64,000 nt of DNA. Source: a virus. Lineage: Duplodnaviria > Heunggongvirae > Uroviricota > Caudoviricetes > Crassvirales. The stretch lies in the IMG/VR virus record IMGVR_UViG_2974732849_000001; one strand, given 5' to 3'. Under the pieces are notes generated by a model. The model was not told the origin of the DNA and searched no databases. It was given only the letters and a program-made list of their open reading frames with translations. Of the stretch, positions 21,701 through 32,147 are shown piece by piece; position 1 is the stretch's first letter; each line of letters opens with the position of its first letter. The position numbers and the translations under genes were made by a program.

Positions 21701-22841
21701 TAGTTATCCTCTCTGAGGTATTATAGAATACTCCACTTGATTTGATATTGTCAACATTGATAGTCTCATCCAAGCTTCCATCAAGTATCTGCCTTGCTAA
21801 AGAGCCGAAATTCTTGTCAGCCTCCTTCATGGCTCTCTGGATAGGACTTGCACTGAGTTTCTGAAAGAAACCCTTAACTGCTTGGATTACTCTTTGCAGG
21901 AGATTTTTATAGGGCTTTGATGGAATATCTTCACCTTGTAGCAAATGCTTTGCAAGCAATTTACCCGCAGCTTCTTTTGCCAGCTTAAACTCATCACCAT
22001 GATATAGTGTATTATAAGTATCGTAGTCCTCACCCATGATTTCTCCTGTCAGCCCATTAGAGGATATATTATTGACTAGCCTTGTCACAAGAGGATTATC
22101 CCCCATGGCCTCAATGGCAAAGTGTGCAAACTCTTCAGGAAGAGCCTTCTCACCTTGGATACCATTAGCAAGCCTAATCATTTCAATAAGACCATCTGCT
22201 GCATTCCTTGCAACATCAAAGTCAGCCACACCATGAATACCCATTCTCTTTTCAAGGTCAGTCAAAGCACCTATCCCTATACCATGGGATTCAAGAATAC
22301 TTCTCAACCTATTATTAAGGTTTTCATTGTATTCCATCTTATCTGCATCAATGGAATTGAATCTGTTCTTTCTTTCCACCTTTATCCCTATAAAGGTTCT
22401 TGGAGATTCATAGTCCTTAATCTTGATGACTCTGGCTACATAATCATCCCTAAACTCAGAGTTTTGATTAAAATATATGGCTCTCTGTTTTAAGTCTTTG
22501 TAGTTCTTATCATTGTCTATCCATAGAGCAGGTCTGTCCATTCCTCTCTTGTAATACCCAATCTCCTTGTTAAGTACTTCAAGTACTTTAGACTCAGGAA
22601 TAACCTCACTAATATTAGTTTGCTTTAATAAACTTCTCAGTGTAGGCTCATTGTTTTCATCCAATGTTAATTTTGGCATAAAGTTCCTTACAAAATAGTC
22701 AGACTTTGTAATTTCATATATGTACCTAGCCTGTTCTCTATCATTGGAAGTGAAGGACAGCAAGTCCTTGAATAACTTGCTGCCCACTTTTTGACCATTT
22801 TTATTTTTTACTGTTGGAATAATTGCGCAATCTCTTGCCAT
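18786..22841 (-). CDS. large virion-associated protein (1351 aa), encoded just downstream of the RNAP gene
   Basis: Uninterrupted 1351-aa ORF in the same minus-strand unit as the 2419-aa RNAP gene, separated from it by 30 nt. Confidence 0.45.
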   Translation of the reverse strand: MARDCAIIPTVKNKNGQKVGSKLFKDLLSFTSNDREQARYIYEITKSDYFVRNFMPKLTLDENNEPTLRSLLKQTNISEVIPESKVLEVLNKEIGYYKRGMDRPALWIDNDKNYKDLKQRAIYFNQNSEFRDDYVARVIKIKDYESPRTFIGIKVERKNRFNSIDADKMEYNENLNNRLRSILESHGIGIGALTDLEKRMGIHGVADFDVARNAADGLIEMIRLANGIQGEKALPEEFAHFAIEAMGDNPLVTRLVNNISSNGLTGEIMGEDYDTYNTLYHGDEFKLAKEAAGKLLAKHLLQGEDIPSKPYKNLLQRVIQAVKGFFQKLSASPIQRAMKEADKNFGSLARQILDGSLDETINVDNIKSSGVFYNTSERITRDKKLLQEIIGNELKRLKIYEKRNPNSQFSANQRLLIDRLDIELADNNEIEGIYTFLENALEELSKVNNRLTMLQNTPATDVNERARVLRDVRNYLYSYKHITDDIRKSLVDEEKYEDNRYGQRVRVALDNTSTLLGDLFVKYNNVSMPLFVDFIKPFVGESITVPFGKFKGKTMTAEDLVKVADNDISFFDRWLDSMADSSDYMLKVMDQAVKKSKENARLETINVMKELQAAAIKLEQAGIKNTDWMFERDSKGNLTGNYISEINQGLFKEKVREMFKALNEKYGHNPVGDYAEKYRRERQAWFDANMEIVDGKKQPKVSIYGNKAYQNLNPAQKEYYNKVMDIKAKLDSYLPDKYTTLTNAVKIRKDLLERVKSSDGVKSGAKQIWESIKDEFIRRTDDTEFGDRATVKDFEGREVQVLPIYYTKMKKGESPNDLSTDVTSTLTAYAAMANDFNEMGKVIDVLELGRDMLREREIVQVRGGKPLAEKFKSVGRKVESVLTKSGDETRFMQRLNDFFEMQVYGRYMADEGTFGNTKIDKGKVANFVNRVTSLNTLAINVLSGISNVATGGVMMRIESFSGEFFNESNTLRADRNYGQALPEFLAEIGNRVKTSKLALWDELFNVMQEYETDVKEVNFDRKTWFSRMFGTSALFLMNNAGEHWMQNRTSLALADAYKMKAPDGKIVSLWDAMEVVPIDKNNKKLGAKLQLKQGYTKEDGSAFTKDDIIAFSRKSAAINQRMHGIYNKADRNAVQRLAIGRMAIMFRKWVKPSLNRRFKSASYNMDLQTWTEGYYITTGRFLWQLAQELRKSQFDIVSDWNKLSKTEKANIKRAVTEVAHYLAIVAVLGMIDWDDKDNRPWLTKIVEYQLRRLKTETGVLIPGKPMVDEGLKIMKSPAAAVQTIQSTLDLVGLINPMNYEVFAGEDALIQSGQFKDKTKAYRLLMKSPLVPMRSTITRGIDPELAIPYFKQ

Positions 22842-22871
22842 ACTTTTGTAAACTTTATATAATATGGATTA

Positions 22872-25800
22872 TTAACAGATAGTATTCCCCTCTGCATCTC
22901 TATATTCTGTATTAGGTTCAATGGACATTATGTCATCCACTCTAGGAGCAGAGGTATCAAGAGGAGTGCCATATACTTGTTGGAAAGCATCCACATCTAC
23001 TTGAGGAATATCTTGATAATCAGGCATGGAATCATAATCCACTTCCACATTCCCATCATCAAATCTTGATAATGTATCTGCATAAGGGTCATAATCCTTC
23101 CTGTTCTTGTCAATTACAGTTTCCATCTCTTCTGCATCCTTACCATACTCATATTCAATGAAACTGTTCCTGAAACCTAATGGCTCAATCCTTTCATAGG
23201 TTGCTACATTGGCCTGCTCAGTACCTAATGAGAGTAACTTGTAATAGACATACCCTCCTCTGATTCTCTTGCCTATATACTTGAAGAAGTCATAGACTGG
23301 GCCATCAGGGGTATCTATCCTTTTCTTGATGACTTTCTTATCACCAAAGGTAGCATCACCATCAATCACAAATGTAACCACATCCTTGATTTCATTATCC
23401 TCTCCTATGAACTGAACAGAGGCTGTGTTAGGAACTTCAGGAACCAACTTCCTATTATCCAAGTGGTTATAGACATATTGGTCTACAAATTGACTGTAAT
23501 CATCATTGGATAATGTAAGACTTCTTAGTGTACTTATATACTCCGGTATGATGTTTCTCACTGCCACAGGAGCCAAGTGGATGAAGGTATTTGGGCCAAA
23601 TGCAAAGCCATTCCTGTAATAACTGTACCTAAACAGGTTAAGAGCAAGTCTCTGGGCTTCAGGATTAGACATATATAGGAGAGATGTCCAATCCCTCATA
23701 TATCTTTCCCTTAAAGTAGGACTTAATTGACCTACATTCTTGAACACTACAGTGTCCACAGGATTAGTGTCATTTGCCCTTATCACCCTGAGTCTCTTAA
23801 TAAATTCAAGGTCAGCTATATCCTCATTGTCTGTTACTACCTTCTTAAAGTAAGCAGGGAAGTTATTGATGAAATCTTTTCTCTTTTCAGAAGAAGAAAC
23901 AATAATATCACCTACTTCAGAGTCAGGGTTTACAACCAGCTCAGAACCAAAGAATCCATTCTTTGACATTATATAGGCAAGCAAGTCATTGTAGACACTA
24001 TTCATAGTCTTTACATTTAACCTGCCAGTCTTTGTCAAGTCTCTAAGGCTATCAATTACAGCCCTGAATGATTCAGTATATTGAGGGAAATAAGAACCTA
24101 ACATTCTCTCTGATGTCTGCAAGCCAAGGGTGTAGAAAGCCTGTAAGAATGGGAGAGGAGCTGATAATAATCTTTCTCTAAGAGTGTCAGTATCCGGATT
24201 ATCTGCAAGCAAATCATCATATATGACATTGGCATTCTTCAATGGGAACTTATCATTACTCTCTATTTGGTCTAACAGGTCTTTTACTTTCTGTATCTTC
24301 AACTCTGTATCTGCAATAGTAGGACCAGCAGCACCACCTTGGGTATCAGACCTTGTGGCTTGTACTAATTGACCCAAAGCATTGGCAGAGTTCATGACTC
24401 TCTTGAACAGATAACCAACTGCAACTTGTTTCTGGTAGAACTCTATCTTCCTAAAGTCAGAAGTCTGAGACCTATCAGTAACAGCCTCCTTGGCAAGCAT
24501 TATATTGTCTGCAAGCTCTTCAATGTAGAAGCTGTTGTTCTTGTAATTATCATAAGTCAAGTCACTATTGAGAGCAGCCCTTTCCTTGTACTTGTCAAGT
24601 ACCTCATCAATAATAGTATCTTTGCCTTTACCCTCTCTGCTCTCTCTAAAGTAGGTTTGAGTGATTTCTTGGACAATAGGCTGCATCATAAGCAAACCTA
24701 TTTCAATAGGATTGTAACCTAACCTTGAAAGAAGCATAGAAGCATCAGCAGTAAATGTATTCTGATTAAGTGCTGCAAGCACAGGGTCTTTCACATTATC
24801 CACAGAAGCAGCTAGGAAGCCAGCATTGTTCTTTGAGATAAATTCCTTATCCCTATTCATGACATCATGCAAAGATGTAAGTCTCTTTCCATTCAGTGTA
24901 AATGAACCATTTTCCTCATCTAGAGATAGCTGGGTGTGCTGCATCAGGGCATGGTTGGCATTATGGTTGGCATATATACCAATCAGCTTTGCACCAGTCA
25001 TATTCTGTTGATGTAACATTACCTGAGTTCTTGGAGATAATGGGTCCATCTTGGCTTTAGTCTTTTCCGCCAGCTTATCAAGAGTGTCGAGGTCCAAGTC
25101 AAACAAGTATGAAGCAATGGACTTAGGATAAGATTTACCATCCTTTTGAACAGTCTTATCAAGTTTTACTCCTATTGCTTGCAAAGCGGTACTCAAATCA
25201 CTCTCATAGGAATCATTTAGGATAGTCATTATCCTTGCAGACCTCTTTTGATAATCAAAACCACCGGGGTTAAGAATCTTGGAGGCTGTATCCGCATTGG
25301 TGAGAATCCCATACATCATATCTATCAACAAGTTATTTCTTGCTTCAAGACTATTCTCCTGTGGAGATTTGCTGAAATCATACTTGGCCTTCCTTATCTT
25401 AGTCTCTACCAAACTCCCCTTTATGCTATTGTAATAGTCAAACAGGTGCATCTCAGGAGTATCCTCAGAGAATGATATATTGCCATTCCTAATCTGGTCA
25501 ATAGTCATTTTGACATTGTCTATGCCCCACTTCCTGAATCCCTGATTTTGCATAACCAAATCAGTAAACTTTTTCCAATTCACTTCCTTGGATATATTGA
25601 ACTCAGGCAACATGATATACATCTTGTCCACATCAAAGTCAGAACCTGACAGAGTAGTAATCTCAGCAGGAAGCATGATTGCAGAACCATTCTGTTGAGG
25701 CAGGAATCCCTTGATATACAGAGGAGCCATACTATACTTATCCTCTGTTGGGACTCTATAACCAATCAACTTTCTTAAGTCCTCAGGTAGCTTGGTCACA

Positions 25801-28800
25801 TCAAGTTGGTGAGTATTTGGGTCCATGAGAGGCTCATAGAACTCTCTGCTATATGCAGGCATATAACATTCAAGGTACTTGATTCTCTTGTTGGCACCTT
25901 CACCTTCAAATACTACATGAAGCTCATCAGTCAGGCCATAATCAGATACCTGAATCAATGCTCCACCTCTAATCTTCTGTTTAGTGATTCTACTCTTGAT
26001 TACACTATTAAGTAATGTCTGTACTTTTTGAGACTGCACAGGGTCAGAGAGAGGTATATTGAAGTTGTTGTTCTCATCAAGAGTACAGGCCCTCATCATA
26101 TCCATGCCATATCTCTGATTACCTCTAATCTCTTCAAGTAGGATTTTCTCCACTTCCTTTGAGTCTTTGAATATCTCATCCACATCAGCAAATGCTTGTA
26201 GGATATTCTCAGTATTGATAGCATTATACAAGTCAAGCCACTCTTTTTTAGTCATGCTTCTGCCATCCACTGTAATGGTAGTATCATCACTAATGTCAGC
26301 AGTAATAAGCTTTCTAATCTGAGTACCTACCAATTGGACTGCATCAATAGCATGCTCAGGAGTTGCAGTCTGAATACCATAATCCTCATAAGATACCTTA
26401 TGTACTACATTAGGATTCTCATTACCAAATCCGATACCTGTAGTATCCTTTAGTCTTTGGGTGACTTCGTCCTCTGTACTTACATCATTCAAATCTATGA
26501 CACCTTGTTTCCCAACCTTAGTGGTGGATTCAAACTGTACCACATCAATCTGATTATCCTCCATAAACCTATTTATGGCTTTTAGCTTGCTTGACCTTCC
26601 TAATGGGCCAGCTACCAACTCATGCATTGCAAGTAACAGAAACTCTGAGTTCTTATGTTGCACAGGGGTTTTGATTCCAGTATGCCCTTCAACCCCACTG
26701 TTATTGTTGACTTGTGTATAGACATAAGGCTTCTTGGTCTGCCAAATGATATTGAAGTCCTTTATATTCCAATCTCCATTCTTGAAATTGTTATATGCCT
26801 GTTCCATATCATCTGTCCACTGTCCTGACATTCCTAGAATAGCTCTATAAGAACTCAGGCTTCTATAAGCTTGGGCATCTGCTACATTCACATTTCTGAA
26901 CTTGCTAATGATATTATCCCTGTCTGTCTTGGTCATCTCATTCTTTCTGACCCTTTCATCAAGCACAGTCCTAATATCTTCAAGTACAGAAGACACTATT
27001 TCATCATCCTTCAAGTAAATAGTTCTTTCCCAATCTCTGCCAATTCTCTCACCTTTATAAGTAGCTTTACTATTCAGTCTGAGGGCAGGAGCATGAACCT
27101 CCTTATATCTCTTCTGAAAGTCCTCAAGGTTCTTGTAGAAAGCAAGGTCAGTGGTAGTAAGTTGGATAATCTGTGAAGTAGCTAACTTACTATTCCAATA
27201 ATACTCTCTGAGAGCATCTTTAGCATTGTTCTTTACAAATAGGCTCCTTGAGATTGATTGGGCATCTTTCAATTCCATCTCACCTCTTGTAGCCTTATCT
27301 ATGAGTAAATTACTAATCTGCCCCATCAAGTTGTTTGCTTCTCTGGTACCAAAAGCACTATTATTGTTATAGGCTCTAAGTAAGAGTTCCATATTGGTGT
27401 TCCATAGAGAACCCAAAGCATCTTTAGCTTTGATAAGTGCTCTTGCAGTTATGCTGTTTTGCTTGGACTGTCCTTCAAAAGGCAAGTACTTGTATTTGCC
27501 ATTAGGAAGCTCATCAAGTAGACCTACTGCCATCCAATCCCTGTAGGTTTGTTCAAAACCATCTTCCATCATGTCATTAAGTGTTTCTCTTAGAAACAGT
27601 CTAAGTTCAGCACCTGTGCCTTCATTTCTAAGCCTGTTAAGTCTGTCAATGAAGGTTTCCCCATTGTCATATTTGATATTATTAAGAGCAGGCAGGAACT
27701 TAAATTCTGCACCTCCAAGACTTTTTATAGAGCCATCTTTCTTCCTGACAATATCATAGTTTGCTATAGGCTCAACACTTCTATCACCTCTCTGATATGC
27801 CTCATCCCTCTCTCTGACCAGCATAATTCTGTCATATTCCTGATTAACCAAGTCTACTAACTTGTCAAGGATAACATCATCATAGAGCCTCTTCTTACCA
27901 TTCTCATCCAATACATCTCCTGTGGTGTACTTTCTGAATTTGATAAACTCGGCAGAGGGACTATCTGAGAGTATAGGTACATGGTACCAAGCATACTTTA
28001 TGCTAGATTTGGCAGAATCAGGGTCACCCCAATATTCCACTAGAAGTGCTAAAGTATAATCTAGGTCATCCCAGTTGGTATAATCTACCTTATCAGAGTT
28101 CAATACCACCTTATGACTGAGTCCTTTTCTTAGCTCCTCTGATTCTTCAATCTGCCTTAACCAGTCATTTCTCCAGTGCCCATCCTTGTAGAACCATTCA
28201 TAGTCCTTGAACTCTGTCTGCATAAACTGTTCAAATCTCTTTTTGTCATTCATGACATTCTTGAGGTTCTTAATCAGCTTACCTAAATAATTGGGGGTAA
28301 CATGGGAATAATAGGATTTGTCATTCTCCCTTACACTACTTTCTATGGCATCTTCAGTTACTTCTGCCATCATACTTGCAATTGTATTATAGGCAGAACC
28401 AAAGGTATTGATAAGGTCTCCTCTCTTAACTGCTCCATTCTCATCCACCTTATCCTGCACTTTACCTCCAGCAACTCCACTAAATATAATGTTTAACTGA
28501 GGTAATAGAAGCGTGATAGGGTCAGTAAATGTAATCCCCGTAGCAGTCTTTATATTAGTCAATGAAGTCTTTAATACAGAGGGGTTAGCATCAATACCTA
28601 ACATGTGAAGCAACTTCATTATGGTATTCCACACATCCTCTCTTTCCAAGAGTTGAAGTCTGGACTCTGTATCAAGATTCTGAAACATATTATTTAATGT
28701 CTCAGTCAGTTGTAATCCTTTGGCTGCATTATCCCTATTTATTTCTCCATTCTTTTCGTATATGCTATCATCATCAAGCTGTACTCCATTCTCATAATTA

Positions 28801-30131
28801 TCCCTCCAAGCATCAAGAAGGTAATACACACCTTCAGGCTTGTTGATGGCAATAGTCTCCATCTTGAGTGTACCATCAGGCATTATCCTCTTCTTCTGAA
28901 TCCAATAAGGCATATAATCCTTCCTGAAGTCCTGATAGAATTGAGAGAACAAAGTCTCATCACCTTGAATAAGCTTGGTAACCTGCTTTACCCAAGGCTT
29001 GATTTTTTGTAAATCCTCCATGAGAGGAATCATATCATCAGAGTTAATCATATCCTTTAACTTGTCAATGAAGGTAGCATGGACATAGTCTGCATCAAGG
29101 TATCTTGTGAAACCTAAATCATCCTTTTCATATTTACCTCTATAGTCAAGTTTAGGTACTTGTCTGATTACTTTTCTTACAGCCTGTGACAGTGACTCAT
29201 GAGAACTTACTTGTCTGAAATTGGTCATCCAACCATCTTTATAAGCCTCTTCTTGTCTCCAATCTTCTGCCTCATTATCCACTTCGCTATTACCTTCTGG
29301 GTCATCATTATTGAGGTTTGCATCAGCAGGTGCAATATAATTGGGGTCTATTCTAATACCCTCTGTCATTACAAGCAATGTACTTGCTTCCTCAGCAAGA
29401 GCCTTATAGACATAAGGGTCATCAACTATCTTCTTATATTCCTGATTCTTGTAGGCAGCTTTCTTCTTAGCAGCTTCCAGCTTCTGCTCATCAGAGAACT
29501 TATCAGCACCTTTCATGGAGTTGATTGCATTAAGTTCCTGCTGGGTTCTGCCTTCTTCAGTATCTTGCACATAAGAATTGAAGATATTGGCTACTCTCTT
29601 AAATATACCAGCAGGTGTATATTTCCTTATGGCAGAGAGTCTGTCCAAGCTATTAAGCTCAGCCTGCAATCCCTCTTTCTCTACACCACTTACATTATCA
29701 ATTCTTCTCTTCAAAGAATCAGTCATCTCCTGTAGGGCACTATCAACTTCATTACTGAAGAGTCTTGCAATAAGTGCTACTCTATCTCTTCTTGTTGTTG
29801 GGTCAAAGAGTAAGTCCACCTTTTGCTGCTCCTCAATAGAAGTAATCCTTGGAGTGTCAAAAGAACTACCAAGTGCTTCATCAAGCTGTTCAACAGCTTC
29901 TCCACTTCTAAGCTCTTTAATGAAATCATTAAGTTCACTTCCTGATGGAATATCCTCAATAGACTTACTATTCTTTTCCTGCCACATACCAACCAGATTG
30001 AGTACTGATTGTTCTGTCTCATTAGGAAACTTTTTAGCTAATTCTTTAATTCTTGGTGTTATAGTTAAACAACTCATATAATTAAAAGTATTATTTTGTG
30101 CAAAGGTAAGAAATTTAATTTTAATATGCAA
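22872..30131 (-). CDS. virion-packaged multisubunit-like RNA polymerase (crAss-type giant RNAP); start TTG at 30131, or ATG at about 30077
   Basis: 2419-aa ORF carrying SGSDFDVDKMYIM, a DxDxD double-psi-beta-barrel catalytic motif, at about nt 25625-25645. Size and context match crAss-like virion RNAPs. Confidence 0.6.
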   Translation of the reverse strand: MHIKIKFLTFAQNNTFNYMSCLTITPRIKELAKKFPNETEQSVLNLVGMWQEKNSKSIEDIPSGSELNDFIKELRSGEAVEQLDEALGSSFDTPRITSIEEQQKVDLLFDPTTRRDRVALIARLFSNEVDSALQEMTDSLKRRIDNVSGVEKEGLQAELNSLDRLSAIRKYTPAGIFKRVANIFNSYVQDTEEGRTQQELNAINSMKGADKFSDEQKLEAAKKKAAYKNQEYKKIVDDPYVYKALAEEASTLLVMTEGIRIDPNYIAPADANLNNDDPEGNSEVDNEAEDWRQEEAYKDGWMTNFRQVSSHESLSQAVRKVIRQVPKLDYRGKYEKDDLGFTRYLDADYVHATFIDKLKDMINSDDMIPLMEDLQKIKPWVKQVTKLIQGDETLFSQFYQDFRKDYMPYWIQKKRIMPDGTLKMETIAINKPEGVYYLLDAWRDNYENGVQLDDDSIYEKNGEINRDNAAKGLQLTETLNNMFQNLDTESRLQLLEREDVWNTIMKLLHMLGIDANPSVLKTSLTNIKTATGITFTDPITLLLPQLNIIFSGVAGGKVQDKVDENGAVKRGDLINTFGSAYNTIASMMAEVTEDAIESSVRENDKSYYSHVTPNYLGKLIKNLKNVMNDKKRFEQFMQTEFKDYEWFYKDGHWRNDWLRQIEESEELRKGLSHKVVLNSDKVDYTNWDDLDYTLALLVEYWGDPDSAKSSIKYAWYHVPILSDSPSAEFIKFRKYTTGDVLDENGKKRLYDDVILDKLVDLVNQEYDRIMLVRERDEAYQRGDRSVEPIANYDIVRKKDGSIKSLGGAEFKFLPALNNIKYDNGETFIDRLNRLRNEGTGAELRLFLRETLNDMMEDGFEQTYRDWMAVGLLDELPNGKYKYLPFEGQSKQNSITARALIKAKDALGSLWNTNMELLLRAYNNNSAFGTREANNLMGQISNLLIDKATRGEMELKDAQSISRSLFVKNNAKDALREYYWNSKLATSQIIQLTTTDLAFYKNLEDFQKRYKEVHAPALRLNSKATYKGERIGRDWERTIYLKDDEIVSSVLEDIRTVLDERVRKNEMTKTDRDNIISKFRNVNVADAQAYRSLSSYRAILGMSGQWTDDMEQAYNNFKNGDWNIKDFNIIWQTKKPYVYTQVNNNSGVEGHTGIKTPVQHKNSEFLLLAMHELVAGPLGRSSKLKAINRFMEDNQIDVVQFESTTKVGKQGVIDLNDVSTEDEVTQRLKDTTGIGFGNENPNVVHKVSYEDYGIQTATPEHAIDAVQLVGTQIRKLITADISDDTTITVDGRSMTKKEWLDLYNAINTENILQAFADVDEIFKDSKEVEKILLEEIRGNQRYGMDMMRACTLDENNNFNIPLSDPVQSQKVQTLLNSVIKSRITKQKIRGGALIQVSDYGLTDELHVVFEGEGANKRIKYLECYMPAYSREFYEPLMDPNTHQLDVTKLPEDLRKLIGYRVPTEDKYSMAPLYIKGFLPQQNGSAIMLPAEITTLSGSDFDVDKMYIMLPEFNISKEVNWKKFTDLVMQNQGFRKWGIDNVKMTIDQIRNGNISFSEDTPEMHLFDYYNSIKGSLVETKIRKAKYDFSKSPQENSLEARNNLLIDMMYGILTNADTASKILNPGGFDYQKRSARIMTILNDSYESDLSTALQAIGVKLDKTVQKDGKSYPKSIASYLFDLDLDTLDKLAEKTKAKMDPLSPRTQVMLHQQNMTGAKLIGIYANHNANHALMQHTQLSLDEENGSFTLNGKRLTSLHDVMNRDKEFISKNNAGFLAASVDNVKDPVLAALNQNTFTADASMLLSRLGYNPIEIGLLMMQPIVQEITQTYFRESREGKGKDTIIDEVLDKYKERAALNSDLTYDNYKNNSFYIEELADNIMLAKEAVTDRSQTSDFRKIEFYQKQVAVGYLFKRVMNSANALGQLVQATRSDTQGGAAGPTIADTELKIQKVKDLLDQIESNDKFPLKNANVIYDDLLADNPDTDTLRERLLSAPLPFLQAFYTLGLQTSERMLGSYFPQYTESFRAVIDSLRDLTKTGRLNVKTMNSVYNDLLAYIMSKNGFFGSELVVNPDSEVGDIIVSSSEKRKDFINNFPAYFKKVVTDNEDIADLEFIKRLRVIRANDTNPVDTVVFKNVGQLSPTLRERYMRDWTSLLYMSNPEAQRLALNLFRYSYYRNGFAFGPNTFIHLAPVAVRNIIPEYISTLRSLTLSNDDYSQFVDQYVYNHLDNRKLVPEVPNTASVQFIGEDNEIKDVVTFVIDGDATFGDKKVIKKRIDTPDGPVYDFFKYIGKRIRGGYVYYKLLSLGTEQANVATYERIEPLGFRNSFIEYEYGKDAEEMETVIDKNRKDYDPYADTLSRFDDGNVEVDYDSMPDYQDIPQVDVDAFQQVYGTPLDTSAPRVDDIMSIEPNTEYRDAEGNTIC

Positions 30132-30188
30132 TGTGCTGCATAGAAAGTTAAGGAGGAATAAGTGATTAACTTACTCCTCCTTGCAAAG

Positions 30189-30428
30189 TTACTCAACTGT
30201 ATATTTTACTCCATTGTAGATAAGTCGAGATATGGTGTTAATGTTTACCAACCCCTCTCCTGTATCCTTTTCAGTCTTCTCAATGTCCATATCCATACAC
30301 CTGTATTTGCCATCTCTTGAGACAAACTGAATCTTGAAGCCCCTCAATACCCTGTCCTCTCCTTCAGTATAATCCTTTATAGGATTGCTTTGAACAAACT
30401 CGAGAGCTTCTTTATAGGCAGTGGCCAT
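30189..30428 (-). CDS. hypothetical protein
   Basis: 79-aa ORF in a tight gene array. Confidence 0.35.
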   Translation of the reverse strand: MATAYKEALEFVQSNPIKDYTEGEDRVLRGFKIQFVSRDGKYRCMDMDIEKTEKDTGEGLVNINTISRLIYNGVKYTVE

Positions 30429-30486
30429 AGACTTCTTCTGCCTCCTTGCCTTAATTCTTAGGCTTAATTAGATTTGTCCTCATTGT

Positions 30487-30726
30487 TTAAATAAGTTTAG
30501 ATATGTTTTCCATAAACTTCTCAGTTTCCTCCTTACAAGCATTGATGGTTTCAATGTCATGTTGTAGGGACTCTATCTGAGCACTTTTGCTTTTAACATT
30601 CTCTTCCATCTCTGCATGGAGGATGCTTGCATTCTCATGTGCAGCTTTGAATACAGCCTTGATAGATGCCAGCCTGCCATTGGACAGAGTGGGATTAATC
30701 ACTTTCTTCTTTCCTAGTAAACTCAT
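30487..30726 (-). CDS. hypothetical coiled-coil protein
   Basis: 79-aa ORF. A9 tract sits 2 nt upstream of its ATG. Confidence 0.4.
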   Translation of the reverse strand: MSLLGKKKVINPTLSNGRLASIKAVFKAAHENASILHAEMEENVKSKSAQIESLQHDIETINACKEETEKFMENISKLI

Positions 30727-30735
30727 TCTTTTTTT

Positions 30736-31728
30736 TTAGTTGTTAATATATCCTCTTGCAATAAACTCCTCTTGCAGAGGAATAGCCAATTCTCTTGCCT
30801 GAGGATGTGCATTGGCTGCGCACCTCAATTCAAAGAAATGCCTCCAGTCTGAAACAAAGGCTGTCATAACAAGAGGTGATTTAATATCTAAAGGAATTAC
30901 TCTTCTTGCTTGTTGCGGTTTCCATCCTAAAGAAATAAGTCTATTATAAGCCCATTGAGTAGCTAAATTTGCAAAATACCATGTTTCAAATAATTGAAAA
31001 TCATCTATTTTACCTGCTGATATTGAACAACACATATTTCTAAATATTTGGTCATCTGTTTTTCCAAAACAGTCTATAGTGTTAGAACTTTGTGTTTTAT
31101 AAAACTCAGGAGGCAAAATAATACTAAATTGATTGTTAAATTTATCTTTAGTATAATTACAATATCTTGTAGATTCTCTAGCGAATGAGTTAATATCCGA
31201 CTCCATTTCTCTAGTCACTTCTCCTTCAATAGTGGGATGGTCTTCATCTATGGCTCTATGTCTAAGAAAAGATTCTCCAGTAACTCTATCACAAGTAAAC
31301 TGGACAGTGATTCTTTTCTCGTGATATTCTGTAGGTTCACAAATATATTGTAAATCGTCAAGCCAATCATTCTCTACTAGTACTCTAAGATTAGTAGTAA
31401 CATATAGGTATATACCATCATCACTTGTTACTGAGTAAGAATTATATTCATATTTTTCCAACTTATTAAAATACTCTTCTTCACCATCTTCAGGATGTAT
31501 ATACCTATTTATGACCTCTGTTTCACATTTAAGATACACAGTACCATGTTCAAGCATAGCACCATGACCACTTGCAATCATCCTATCAACAAATGCTTTA
31601 GCAGTGCCTTCTGCTATCTTGTCTTCTGACTTATAGCATACTCTACCTGCTCCCTCTATCTGTTTATATACTCCTTCAAGTCCAGAAGGTTGTTCCCGTA
31701 TCTCAAATGATGGTTTAATCAATTTCAT
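30736..31728 (-). CDS. thyX: flavin-dependent thymidylate synthase ThyX-like (with insertions)
   Basis: N-terminal AGRVCYKS...SGHGAMLEH matches the ThyX signature (aRvcy.s...gHes.lEH). An RHR triad is present (FLRHRAIDE). Confidence 0.5.
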   Translation of the reverse strand: MKLIKPSFEIREQPSGLEGVYKQIEGAGRVCYKSEDKIAEGTAKAFVDRMIASGHGAMLEHGTVYLKCETEVINRYIHPEDGEEEYFNKLEKYEYNSYSVTSDDGIYLYVTTNLRVLVENDWLDDLQYICEPTEYHEKRITVQFTCDRVTGESFLRHRAIDEDHPTIEGEVTREMESDINSFARESTRYCNYTKDKFNNQFSIILPPEFYKTQSSNTIDCFGKTDDQIFRNMCCSISAGKIDDFQLFETWYFANLATQWAYNRLISLGWKPQQARRVIPLDIKSPLVMTAFVSDWRHFFELRCAANAHPQARELAIPLQEEFIARGYINN

Positions 31729-31749
31729 TGTGCCTAAATATTTTACTTA

Positions 31750-32130
31750 TTAATTCCATAATCCTATCTTCTTTCCTGCTAATTCATCAATAAAACAGAA
31801 TCTAGTTCCGTCCTTCAAGGAACGTATATACTTACTGAAGTGTGCAATTAAAGGAGCACCATTTCTTACCCCAACAACTTGCCCTATCCTATATACTTCT
31901 TCACTAGGAGAGTTCTCTGAATCTATTCCAATAAAAAACACAACTTTGTCTTTATATTCAGAACACTTTTTGCAGGCATGGTCAGAAAATCCTACAGCCT
32001 TTCCATCTAACTCCTCTACTTCAGAAGCAGCTTTCTTTGTAAGGCGAGTGTTTGCCACAATTACCTCTTCAGCTACTCCTCCGCAGATTGGGCACATGTA
32101 CCTGACCAAGGAAACTTTAAAATTATCCAT
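31750..32130 (-). CDS. zinc-binding hypothetical protein (CPIC...CKKC), possible RNase H-fold C-terminal half
   Basis: Two Cys pairs. C-terminal VVFFIGIDSENS resembles the first strand of RuvC/YqgF-like folds, which is only weak evidence. Confidence 0.35.
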   Translation of the reverse strand: MDNFKVSLVRYMCPICGGVAEEVIVANTRLTKKAASEVEELDGKAVGFSDHACKKCSEYKDKVVFFIGIDSENSPSEEVYRIGQVVGVRNGAPLIAHFSKYIRSLKDGTRFCFIDELAGKKIGLWN

Positions 32131-32147
32131 TTTCTTTCTTTTTTTTT

